Shown here piece by piece: positions 48,726 through 57,943 of a stretch of 64,000 nucleotides of DNA. The notes below the pieces were generated by a model that saw only the letters and a program-made list of their open reading frames with translations, was not told the DNA's origin and did not search any database. Where the stretch lies: contig OY729426.1 in the NCBI GenBank assembly GCA_963422365.1, positions 2,368,001 to 2,432,000 on the forward strand, given 5' to 3'. Each line of letters begins with the position of its first letter. Position 1 is the stretch's first letter. The position numbers and the translations under genes were made by a program. The stretch is from Nitrospirales bacterium. GTDB taxonomy: Bacteria; Nitrospirota; Nitrospiria; Nitrospirales; UBA8639.

Positions 48726-49643
48726 TTATGGCTTCTGCAGCCGTACCGATGGAATAATTTCCACTCCCTCTCCGAGCAACTCCAATCCAAAGTGTGGATT
48801 CTCCTGCATTTCATGCACGCTTCTTCGCCCTTTCACGGCTTCATACTGGAAGTTGTGTATGACCGTGCCATGGGGGGGGATGGTAACCTGCTGTTCCAAG
48901 TATTTTTTCATGCCGGGATGCCAGACGGTCAAAGTATACTCTCCCGGAGGCACATCAGTCAGTTCAAATAATCCATCTTTCTTTGTAATGGCATAATAGG
49001 GATTTTTGACAACCACGCCCCAAGAAAACATATAGGGATGGAACCCACATTGCATAACAAAAAGGTCTCGTCCCTTCCTAAGCTGAACCTTTTGAATCAT
49101 GGGCCTACCCGGTAAATGCTGATGACTGTGCAACATTCCCAATACCTTGTGAAAAGGATTCATGGGCAAGGGTCGATTAAACAACACCCTTGCTCCTCTC
49201 ACCCGGGCCGTTTCGTATCCTTGGATATCATGCTCAACGGGATCCATATTCACCACCGTAATTTCGTCTTGGTCGCGCAACACATTCACAAAAGGCGAGA
49301 AATCGCAGTCGAGGGCCTCGATCAGCACTTTGGGTAATCCAAACGGCTTCCCCTTTTCAATACCGGCAAGCATGACGACAGCATCTTTGAGGCTGCCATC
49401 CGGCCCAATAATGAAATCTTCCACAATACGCCATCCCGTCCCGGTGGAAATTCGTCCACAATACACCGCATCGGGAATCGTAACTAAATTAAAGGCCATG
49501 GGCCTCGGCATCTCCCCTGCTATCGTCACGTGACCACTGATGGTTCCCCCGTTCGTGACCGACATCTCCTCATAGGCCCATCCCGGTGAACCCTGCACGA
49601 GAAGCCAAAAGGCCAGACACAACATCCACATCCGCACTGCCAT
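48726..49643 (-). CDS. Secreted MauL-like cupredoxin / carboxypeptidase-regulatory-like protein (paralog)
   Basis: Signal peptide; NMDPVEHDIQ, HKVLGMLHSHQH, CGFHPYMFSW, VWHP. Confidence 0.82.
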   Translation of the reverse strand: MAVRMWMLCLAFWLLVQGSPGWAYEEMSVTNGGTISGHVTIAGEMPRPMAFNLVTIPDAVYCGRISTGTGWRIVEDFIIGPDGSLKDAVVMLAGIEKGKPFGLPKVLIEALDCDFSPFVNVLRDQDEITVVNMDPVEHDIQGYETARVRGARVLFNRPLPMNPFHKVLGMLHSHQHLPGRPMIQKVQLRKGRDLFVMQCGFHPYMFSWGVVVKNPYYAITKKDGLFELTDVPPGEYTLTVWHPGMKKYLEQQVTIPPHGTVIHNFQYEAVKGRRSVHEMQENPHFGLELLGEGVEIIPSVRLQKP

Positions 49644-49721
49644 GAATTCCTCCCTTTACCCTCGCTCAACGCCCCTCATTGGGGGCACGGAAAACCACTC
49701 TTTGCCGCTCACGACTCATAG

Positions 49722-49756
49722 AAAAAAAACGGGGAAGCCGACGACCGGCTTCCCCG
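49722..49756 (-). terminator. Rho-independent terminator after the multicopper oxidase
   Basis: cggggaagccg/cggcttccccg stem with a T8 tract on the minus strand. Confidence 0.85.
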
Positions 49757-49788
49757 CCATTCCCATCCACGCCGTATCCAACCACTTT

Positions 49789-52700
49789 TTATTTAAACGA
49801 GATTGGACGAACGTTACCTTTTTCAGGTTGGATCACCTTGGCTTCTTTGACTCCAGGGGAAGCCCCACTCAGCGGGAGAACTCTCTGATCGTTCTTAGAC
49901 AGAACACGGAAATACCCCCATTGACCGGACTGAGAATACGGCAAGCGTGCATTGCTGTACACGTAGTCCCCTGGCATAGCATACGGGCCACCAGCCGAGG
50001 CAATAAACACGTCTATTCCTTCAGAACCTGAAAATTCCACAACGCTGATTTGGTCGGCTCCTTGCATGAACGGCTCAATGGGCCACTCATGCTTTTCTAG
50101 AGTAAACATCCCATTTTGTTCATTGCTGGCGCCGAACACATGGATCCGAACAGCATCACCCGCATGGGCCTCGATAATCGGCGTCGCCGGTTCATTCGGT
50201 TCATCGACGTTACAGGGTTGAAACATCCGACCTAACGAACATCCTTGTTCTTCGCGATACAAATAGGGTTCGTTTCTGTAATTGACCCCTACCAACCCAG
50301 CCACGTTTTGGACGTACGGCATAAAGCTGGTTCCGATAATATTGTCTTCATCTTGGAAATACAGGGCCACGTCACGATAATTGGCTCGATGTTCATTTCC
50401 AGGGATCGTCCGATCAACAATGACATCGGCAATCCAGCTATTCTTCTGGGAAATATCAGCCCCTGTCTTCGGATCACGATATTGGGAACCCTGAGGACCG
50501 ATTACAATCCCGCCAAACAACCCGTTTCGCGGATTCATGGCGACATTCCCCCAATCCCACACCAGGGATTGAGTTTCCCCAATGGCCGGATCCGCATAAT
50601 AGGTATAGGTCCGGCTTGCTCCAGGAGCCACGGTTTGATCTCCAGGATTGTTGCCAAGGTTGACACCTTGGGAATCCTTGGGATCGAACGCCAGGGAAAA
50701 GGCAGAGAAAGACGCCCTGCTCTCTTTCATTTTGTTGGTGAGTTTCACTTGAAGACAATCACCAATATTGGCTCGTAAGGTGAGCGGCATGGGTTGGAAT
50801 TCTCCAGAAACCTTCGCCACTTCTTCCTCCAGGATGTAGATCTTGGCATCTGGATTCCGAACTTCAATGGCTCGTTCAAAGTCCACTTCAATGGCTTCTT
50901 CCACATTGGGATTAAAGGCCATTTGTGGGTAATCAATAGCCACAACATTGAAATTTTTCACCGGGGCCTTGGCGGGACACAGCGGCAACGACTGCTTAAT
51001 GCCTGGTCCACCGAACGCCGCATTGGGTAAGGGTTTCAAATCAGGCACTGTTTGATCCAACACTCGAATCATACCCCAGGAACCCTCGGACAGTTTTGAG
51101 CTCCGACCATTGAAATACATGTAATCCCCGGATTGGAGTCTCGGGCCACCGGCCTGCGGAACAACCAAGTCGTATCGTTCGGCGATGCCGATGTGAATGG
51201 AATTCTTCCGATTGGCATCACCGGCATAACGCTCAGTCAAAAAGTTATGCCCGGAGACGGTAAAGACATTACTCTCGTTCATCGTCACATCGATAAGCCG
51301 AAAAACAATGGCATCACCCAGGTACGCCCGCAACGTGACCGTGCTCGGATCGCCATGGGTCCTGCTGCTGAAAAGCTGCGAGGTGTCCGGGTTATTGGCT
51401 AACCGTTGGGCAAAGGGTTCGGCCCGGAAATTCAGGGCGCCACCCGTCGTATGCGTCCCTCCGTTGAGGAACGGCATCGGCGTCATGTTAATCAGATCGT
51501 TCGGTGGCATTTGAAATGACACGGTTCGCCCAGCTTCCAACGCCACGTCGACGGGTTGACCAGGGGGATTCCCTGCCGTCACCACGTTGACCGTGTGCGG
51601 AACCGTATCCATGATCTGAACCATCAATTCACGGAAGCTTCCGCTCACCCCGTACCCCACGGGCTCCACCGTATGGATATCCATCACAGGGCCGGTCCGC
51701 TTGGCCTCACCAGTCGCCGGATCATGCCACGTCGATCCGAACGGCTCGATCAGGAAAGAACACACCGCGCCATGAGGCCACGTCGTTCCGCCAAACGCAT
51801 GATCGTGACAGAACACGGAGCCCACATCGGCATCCGCCCAAAATCGTTGACGCACAAATTCCACGGTCACAATGTCTCCGACTGGGTGATCATATTCCAA
51901 CGGGGACTTGAAGGTGAGAGTCTGTGCCTCCGACGCCGCTTCTCCTCCACCGGCACCGGGCACTTGTAACTGTTGCCCGACGTAAATCACATCGACATTC
52001 GCCAAACCATTCAAGTCTTTCAACGCCTCCGCGTCGGCGCCGTGCCGTATTGCGATCGCCCCGAGGGTGTCGCCCGGGCTTACCGTATACGTTCCACTGC
52101 TCGCCGAGGCGAACCCACCTGAACTCCCAATGGCGACGATACGCTTCACTTCCGAGCCTTCAACATTATCTGCCCCCACAAGAAGCACTGTACCGACGTG
52201 ATACTGCTGAGCATTTGTGACATGAATGGTCCGATCACCCTTACCGGCTGCCTTGGTGACTTTGGCATTCATGGGAACCGGCAACCCCTTTTCAGTCGTC
52301 TTTTCGAATTGGGTAAAGGGCCGCATGGATTGTTCATAAGAAAATCCTGAAATCACTCCATCAGAAGCTTGATTGTCAAACTGCACAAAATGGAAGTGCG
52401 TGTTGATTTTTGAAGATTGGAAATTCGTAAAGTCATCGTCCAGCCATTCGCTGGTTAATATCCAATCCATACAATCATAAATATTGGCACGAAACACCAA
52501 CGGCACTTTCAAATCATTATTGTTCCGGATCGCTTCTTCTTCGTCATGCACGACGTACAACAACCCATTAGGATCAACCACGGCTGGTTGATCACCCTGG
52601 GCGGCCGACAACTCGATCGGAAGCTTAATGAAGTGGATATTGTACTTTTGGGAACCTGCCCGATCCGGACACAGGCTCCACCGCCCATTTTCCCCTGGCT

Positions 52701-54918
52701 TCGCTGGCTCTACCGACGGCTGGCCATCTTCATCCAGGTGGATCATTTCCAACCACGGAGCAGGATTCCGGTCAGGAGAAAATGGCACTCGTTTGCCGAA
52801 ATGAGGAGTCAGCCACGGCCACGCGACCTTTCCCGTAGTCGGCTCAAACCAAATTGGTCGCCGGGTTCCTGGTGCATAGCCCTGCCATTCCGCATGGTAT
52901 TTGGGATTCTCGATTGTGCTTTCTCTCTCACTCATCGCACGCTCGCCGTCCCAGACCCAATCGATCACAGTCGCATCATAAGATTTAAGCTGACCAATTT
53001 CATCTTCTGCATGACCGGGAAGACCGCGAGTCGGCAATTGCATTTCGACCCAATCGTAAATCCGAACGACAGCCGGATTTCCTGTCCAATTCGTTTTTTG
53101 GCTGTTATCGACGATCTGGAACTTCTTGCCAAACCAATCCACAGTGGTGCCCACCAAGTGGTCGGATGTCACCGGCTTGGCAATACGCCCAAGACGATCG
53201 GGCAACTCACGAAGCGGTGCCATCACGTCGTTTTGGATGCCAGGCACTTGCAGGGTATTGTAGACCCGCCAGTAACCCCACATACCAGCCACGTAGTGGT
53301 GTGCCACGTGGCAATGGAATAAGAAGTCACCAGCCAGATATTGACATAACCCTGATCCGCATTCGGTTTCCAAATCCAGGGCTTCAGATGGCCCAATCAC
53401 TTCCACATCCACCCGATCGGATTTGGCACGAATGAGCGGATACTTCACAGGCCCATTCTGCCCCTTGTGCCACATTGGCATCTGATCAACCGCTCGCGGG
53501 CTTCGGGCCCATCGAATGGCTCCACCATGAGGATGATGGGAATGGAACACTTCGGACCCGCCGTGGACGAGTCGATACTTCGCAGGATCCCCTAAATAAC
53601 TCCGTGGAATCGTGGGGCCCGCATCACCAAAGGTATAGGAACTATAGGCCATTGATTCATCTTCAAAGCCAAAGTATTCATGTTGAACATGCATATTGTT
53701 AATGCCGAATGGTTCGCTTCGGTAGTTCAGAGCCCTGGCTCCGGGCCGATAGGCATCGGTTAACGGATCACGTTGCGGCAGGAAGTCTCCATGTTTGTTC
53801 ACCGGCCGGAAGGCTTCATCACCCACTTCATGATAAATCAACACAAATTCCCGGAAATCCGGGCCCATTCCATTTTGGATAATCGCTTGCCAGCCACTCC
53901 GCATTTCAGGAGCCGGACCCGTCCCCAGAGGATCCAGATAGGCCGAACCTGCTGGCTCGACGACAAAAACCCCAAACAAACCCATCACGGTCAACTCACG
54001 GTCATTGCTGTAGCTGTGGAACTGCCGACCCCCTTCCTGCGTGTCGGGATGGATATACCATTCCAGGTCCACAGGCGCGGCTTCACAATTTTCTTCACAT
54101 TCCTCGTCAGGACCATAGGCGATGGCATCAGGGTTCGTCGTCGTCGCGGGTTGGCCGGTTTTGCTGACCACCATGCTGGACCCATTGACGTGGAGGCTGA
54201 CATCTTCACCGAATTCCAGTTGGTTTCGCAGCGTAACTTTCACGCAATCGCCCTGGTTGCCACGAATCACTAGTGGTTGGATGTATTGCCCCTGGATCCC
54301 GTTCTTGACACCACCGGGATTATGATGTCCTTCTTCTTCACGAGCTTCCGCGTTCATGGCTTCTTCTTCACGGACTTTCTCGATATTTTCCGTCAGCACG
54401 TACATATAGCCGGGGTAGTAATCCAGCCATTGATTTAATGTAATTTCCACATTGATGGCAGCAATATCATACTGTTTCACGGGAGCCGCCGCCGGACATT
54501 TTCCCCCACCCGTCATTGAGACCGGTTCAAGATCGCTATCGGACGCCAACAAGTAGTTCCCTTTTCCGGCACCGTATTGATGCATCATGGACATTGTGCC
54601 GTAGCCACCCGTGTCGGATTCAGCCGTTTCTTGTTGCATTTGCTTCATCAACCGCTCATGTTGCTTTTCAACAAGCGCGGCACGTTCAGCTCTCCCTTCT
54701 TTGGCATTTTCGACGATGGTCTGCCCTTTGAGGCGTTCGGCCCAGGCAGGGGGCTGATGATTCATCCCTGTGGTTTGGATCACTGATGGTAAATCTGGAG
54801 CTTCGGATTCAGCGTTGGCAAGAGGAAGCAAAAGGCACGTCAGGGCTAACAGGCTTCCCCCTCCCAGGAAGGCAAATTGCTTCACGGATAAACGGGAAAA
54901 AGGATTAAAATGAAACAT
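49789..54918 (-). CDS. Large secreted multicopper oxidase, MnxG (manganese oxidase)-like, with internal LysM domain
   Basis: GAAGGAGG RBS and ATG at 54918; signal peptide; Cu motifs HSHHPH, HCHVAHHYVAGM, THFHFV and CHDH in MnxG order; LysM at about 51958-52092. Confidence 0.88.
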   Translation of the reverse strand: MFHFNPFSRLSVKQFAFLGGGSLLALTCLLLPLANAESEAPDLPSVIQTTGMNHQPPAWAERLKGQTIVENAKEGRAERAALVEKQHERLMKQMQQETAESDTGGYGTMSMMHQYGAGKGNYLLASDSDLEPVSMTGGGKCPAAAPVKQYDIAAINVEITLNQWLDYYPGYMYVLTENIEKVREEEAMNAEAREEEGHHNPGGVKNGIQGQYIQPLVIRGNQGDCVKVTLRNQLEFGEDVSLHVNGSSMVVSKTGQPATTTNPDAIAYGPDEECEENCEAAPVDLEWYIHPDTQEGGRQFHSYSNDRELTVMGLFGVFVVEPAGSAYLDPLGTGPAPEMRSGWQAIIQNGMGPDFREFVLIYHEVGDEAFRPVNKHGDFLPQRDPLTDAYRPGARALNYRSEPFGINNMHVQHEYFGFEDESMAYSSYTFGDAGPTIPRSYLGDPAKYRLVHGGSEVFHSHHPHGGAIRWARSPRAVDQMPMWHKGQNGPVKYPLIRAKSDRVDVEVIGPSEALDLETECGSGLCQYLAGDFLFHCHVAHHYVAGMWGYWRVYNTLQVPGIQNDVMAPLRELPDRLGRIAKPVTSDHLVGTTVDWFGKKFQIVDNSQKTNWTGNPAVVRIYDWVEMQLPTRGLPGHAEDEIGQLKSYDATVIDWVWDGERAMSERESTIENPKYHAEWQGYAPGTRRPIWFEPTTGKVAWPWLTPHFGKRVPFSPDRNPAPWLEMIHLDEDGQPSVEPAKPGENGRWSLCPDRAGSQKYNIHFIKLPIELSAAQGDQPAVVDPNGLLYVVHDEEEAIRNNNDLKVPLVFRANIYDCMDWILTSEWLDDDFTNFQSSKINTHFHFVQFDNQASDGVISGFSYEQSMRPFTQFEKTTEKGLPVPMNAKVTKAAGKGDRTIHVTNAQQYHVGTVLLVGADNVEGSEVKRIVAIGSSGGFASASSGTYTVSPGDTLGAIAIRHGADAEALKDLNGLANVDVIYVGQQLQVPGAGGGEAASEAQTLTFKSPLEYDHPVGDIVTVEFVRQRFWADADVGSVFCHDHAFGGTTWPHGAVCSFLIEPFGSTWHDPATGEAKRTGPVMDIHTVEPVGYGVSGSFRELMVQIMDTVPHTVNVVTAGNPPGQPVDVALEAGRTVSFQMPPNDLINMTPMPFLNGGTHTTGGALNFRAEPFAQRLANNPDTSQLFSSRTHGDPSTVTLRAYLGDAIVFRLIDVTMNESNVFTVSGHNFLTERYAGDANRKNSIHIGIAERYDLVVPQAGGPRLQSGDYMYFNGRSSKLSEGSWGMIRVLDQTVPDLKPLPNAAFGGPGIKQSLPLCPAKAPVKNFNVVAIDYPQMAFNPNVEEAIEVDFERAIEVRNPDAKIYILEEEVAKVSGEFQPMPLTLRANIGDCLQVKLTNKMKESRASFSAFSLAFDPKDSQGVNLGNNPGDQTVAPGASRTYTYYADPAIGETQSLVWDWGNVAMNPRNGLFGGIVIGPQGSQYRDPKTGADISQKNSWIADVIVDRTIPGNEHRANYRDVALYFQDEDNIIGTSFMPYVQNVAGLVGVNYRNEPYLYREEQGCSLGRMFQPCNVDEPNEPATPIIEAHAGDAVRIHVFGASNEQNGMFTLEKHEWPIEPFMQGADQISVVEFSGSEGIDVFIASAGGPYAMPGDYVYSNARLPYSQSGQWGYFRVLSKNDQRVLPLSGASPGVKEAKVIQPEKGNVRPISFK

Positions 54919-55015
54919 GGACCGGCCTCCTTCAAAAAGAAACATCATCGATAAGCAGGGATAACATTTACTGAATTGTTCATCGTCACGGATGACCCAT
55001 TTGCAGTGCAAGAAA

Positions 55016-55045
55016 AAGTTACTGAAAACAACCTGGAAGTGTCAA
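55016..55045 (-). promoter_or_regulatory. Possible sigma70 promoter for the multicopper oxidase
   Basis: Minus strand TTGACA-18 bp-TAACTT about 100 bp upstream of the ATG. Confidence 0.4.
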
Positions 55046-55103
55046 GGGTTCTTGGGCTGAAGAAATGACAACGGACAGATGCAAGAAGTGGGGAAGTGCG
55101 TCC

Positions 55104-55967
55104 TTACACGGCTCTTTGTCCGGTTTCGGACAGCATGCAACTCCGCAAGGCCTCTCGCACCGCTTGAGTCACTTTTCCTGGTCTTCCATCCCCCACCGGA
55201 AGGCCATTCAGCTTAGAAACGGGCAACACCTCAATAGTCGTACCAATCAGAAAAATTTCCTCAGCCCGGGTCAATTCCTCCTCACGAACCTCCCGTTCGT
55301 CTATCATGATGCTGTGCTTTCTCACTAACTCCAATACGACGGCACGGGTGACTCCGGCCAACAAGTGGTCACTTAATGAGGGCGTGATGATTATCCCATC
55401 CTTGACCAGACACACGTTGCTTGAGGTGCCTTCTGTGACCAACCCATCCTTCACCAAAATCGCTTCAAACGCACCGACATCGTTCGCTTTCTGCTTGGCC
55501 AATACATTCGGAAGCAAATTTAAACTTTTAATTGAGCACCGGGCCCATCGCAGATCAGACAGAGTGACAGCTGGGACGCCTTGCCGCTGAAGGCCGACCT
55601 CGATTTCAGCGATTTTTCGAAACGTCATCACAACGGTGGGACTCGTCGAACTCGGGAAAAGGTGGGCTCTCGGAGCCACTCCACGAGTCAATTGGATGTA
55701 CACCTTGCACTCTGCATACTGACTCCTTTGTATGCCTTCCTGTATCAACGCCTCCCATTCGGTTGAGGAAAGCGGGACCGGAATGGAAACCGCCTGGGCA
55801 CTCCACTCCAATCGTGAGAGGTGGTCATGAAGCCGGAAAGGAACGCCACCATACACCTGAATCACCTCATAGACACCATCGCCAAACTGAAATCCTCGAT
55901 CCTCAATTGAGATTTTCGCTTGTTCAAGGGTGGAAAAATACCCGTTGACATATGCGATATTGGGCAT
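55104..55967 (-). CDS. dat: D-amino-acid aminotransferase (PLP fold type IV)
   Basis: EDRGFQFGDGVYEV, YIQLTRGVAPRAH, IKSLNLL, TEGTSSN, LAGVTR. Start MPNIAYV at 55967. Confidence 0.85.
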   Translation of the reverse strand: MPNIAYVNGYFSTLEQAKISIEDRGFQFGDGVYEVIQVYGGVPFRLHDHLSRLEWSAQAVSIPVPLSSTEWEALIQEGIQRSQYAECKVYIQLTRGVAPRAHLFPSSTSPTVVMTFRKIAEIEVGLQRQGVPAVTLSDLRWARCSIKSLNLLPNVLAKQKANDVGAFEAILVKDGLVTEGTSSNVCLVKDGIIITPSLSDHLLAGVTRAVVLELVRKHSIMIDEREVREEELTRAEEIFLIGTTIEVLPVSKLNGLPVGDGRPGKVTQAVREALRSCMLSETGQRAV

Positions 55968-55981
55968 AAAGATAACGAACG

Positions 55982-56308
55982 TTATGAACCCGGCTCCTGA
56001 ACATGGACCAGAAACACGCGTCGGAATTCGGCGGTAAATTTCCACGCCATCCGCTTGTGAAATTCCAATCGGTGGGTCCCTGATTGGAGTGGCTCAAATT
56101 CAAACCGCCGGTTGCCGGATTCAACCGCATTATTGCTGGTTGTCAGAAAGAACTCATCCCCCGTCAGCACAAGCTGACTCGGATCATATGCAGGCACCCA
56201 CTGTTCGCCCCGCGTTCGATCCTCCCAAAGATTCACGGTCAATGGAAGACCCACCGTGGCGTCAAGACGTTTATACTCAGACTGTTCTGCGTCCATTAGG
56301 CTATCCAT
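55982..56308 (-). CDS. Chagasin-like (I42 protease inhibitor) domain protein
   Basis: V.L.EDRTRG.QW ... G.RRFEF....G...LEF..R.AW pattern. Confidence 0.6.
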   Translation of the reverse strand: MDSLMDAEQSEYKRLDATVGLPLTVNLWEDRTRGEQWVPAYDPSQLVLTGDEFFLTTSNNAVESGNRRFEFEPLQSGTHRLEFHKRMAWKFTAEFRRVFLVHVQEPGS

Positions 56309-56326
56309 TCGGGATTGTCGGACAAT

Positions 56327-56662
56327 CTATAATTCTCGGCAGGTGGAACGGACAAAAATTTCACCATCCTGAAGCAGGACGTCATAGCTTGCGACACAAT
56401 ACCCCCCTCCATCCGTACCAAATCCATTACGAACGTCAAATTGGAGATCATGCCAGGGACACCCCACAACATGCCCTTTCAACTTCCCTTTATGGAGTGG
56501 TCCACCTTTATGCGGACAGATATTATTGATCGCAAAAAACGTCCCTGACACGTTAAAGAGCGCAAGGGTCTTGCCCTTCACCTTGACGGCTTTTGATTGT
56601 CCTGGAGGAAAATCCTCTGACTTCCCGATTCGCACAAAATTTTCTGATGGTTGGGGTTTCAT
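56327..56662 (-). CDS. Rieske [2Fe-2S] ferredoxin
   Basis: CPHKGGPL and CPWH...FD. Confidence 0.92.
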   Translation of the reverse strand: MKPQPSENFVRIGKSEDFPPGQSKAVKVKGKTLALFNVSGTFFAINNICPHKGGPLHKGKLKGHVVGCPWHDLQFDVRNGFGTDGGGYCVASYDVLLQDGEIFVRSTCREL

Positions 56663-56727
56663 GGTACCTACGGGCTGTCTTCGTTACGAAAGAAAGACTT
56701 TCTTCGTCAAGCGCCCCCTTTGACATT

Positions 56728-57234
56728 TTACAGCCGCAAGGCAAAGACGAGTTCGTGACCCACAGAGACTTGGGCCCGGGCAACAAATCCGCTATTCGCC
56801 TGAATCAGATACCGTGCCCGTTCAGGGGGAGGCCCATACCACTCACAGGGATCGTTCGGACAGGGAACCGCTGTTTCGACGATATGAACCACATGTTTAC
56901 TTTCATCCACCCAAATCAAATCGACATTGAACTGGTATTGTTTGGTCCAGACTTTGTGAAGACCGGACGTTTCAAAAAAGAAAAGCATACCGTGATTTTC
57001 TGGAAGAATCTCTCGGAACGCCAACCCGAACAATAACTTTTCCGGAGTCTCAGCCACCTCTGCCTGAAGCTTGGTGCCACTAGGAAACCGGACTTCGATG
57101 ATCTCTGTTTCTTGGGGAGCATTAAACAGCATTGCCCCGGAGATTAACAACAGCGACATGAGGACCAGAAACAGGATTCGTTTCCTGTTAGGGGTCAACG
57201 GGCCTTCTGCTGCACGAGTTTTTTTTGAAACCAT
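56728..57234 (-). CDS. DUF192-family protein
   Basis: AEVAETPE....GL.FRE.L....GMLF.F, DLIWVD. Confidence 0.88.
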   Translation of the reverse strand: MVSKKTRAAEGPLTPNRKRILFLVLMSLLLISGAMLFNAPQETEIIEVRFPSGTKLQAEVAETPEKLLFGLAFREILPENHGMLFFFETSGLHKVWTKQYQFNVDLIWVDESKHVVHIVETAVPCPNDPCEWYGPPPERARYLIQANSGFVARAQVSVGHELVFALRL

Positions 57235-57490
57235 ACGCCCTTAGATAGGATCGGGAAAAATGACGGAGTACGAATTGCCGGAGCCTTGGGAGCTCTTCCC
57301 TGTATATCAGGCTCTCAGAACGTATGTCCAACGCAAACATTGTTTGAACAAAAACCATCGCCTGTTTCCGCCTCACTCAAAGCAAGACACTACCCTCAAC
57401 ACCATTTACCCTTTGGCCCATATAATTTATAGTTCCAAAGTATAGACTTCTGAAACCTGCCCTTTCACCTTCAATCAGGAGGCTTGCGCC

Positions 57491-57850
57491 ATGAAGAACA
57501 AGACGCTCGGATTCTTCGTTATTCTTATCATTTTTCTTGCAGGCATTGCCTTCCCTCTCTCGTTTTCAATGTCGGCATGTGCCTCATCTGCCCTCATGCC
57601 CATCACCATCGACCATTTTGTCTCCGCTCTCTTTCCCCAAGCCAATCACTATTTTTGGGTGGTGAACAACAGCAAAAAGGAAACTCAACGGGAAATGATC
57701 GTCGACATCAATACCTTCGTCACTCACAAAGAGGGGGCAACTCCACTGGAAAACCGGTTTTTACTTCTGATCCTTGATGGGAACATCTTTGCTGCCCAAA
57801 ATATCCCTCTCAACGCGACAGTCGATTGCGGGGCAGACGAAGAAGTGTAA
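57491..57850 (+). CDS. Secreted hypothetical protein
   Basis: AGGAGG RBS, signal peptide, N- and C-terminal Cys. Confidence 0.65.
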   Translation: MKNKTLGFFVILIIFLAGIAFPLSFSMSACASSALMPITIDHFVSALFPQANHYFWVVNNSKKETQREMIVDINTFVTHKEGATPLENRFLLLILDGNIFAAQNIPLNATVDCGADEEV

Positions 57851-57866
57851 TCCTTGGAGATCAGAC

Positions 57867-57912
57867 GACAAAAAAGCCCCGTTCCACACTTATGGAACGG
57901 GGCTTTTTTGTC
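57867..57912. terminator. Bidirectional rho-independent terminator
   Basis: Perfect 20-bp stem gacaaaaaagccccgttcca/tggaacggggcttttttgtc between convergent genes. Confidence 0.9.
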
Positions 57913-57943
57913 ATCCACATTCAAAAGACTGAGGATCGACCGT

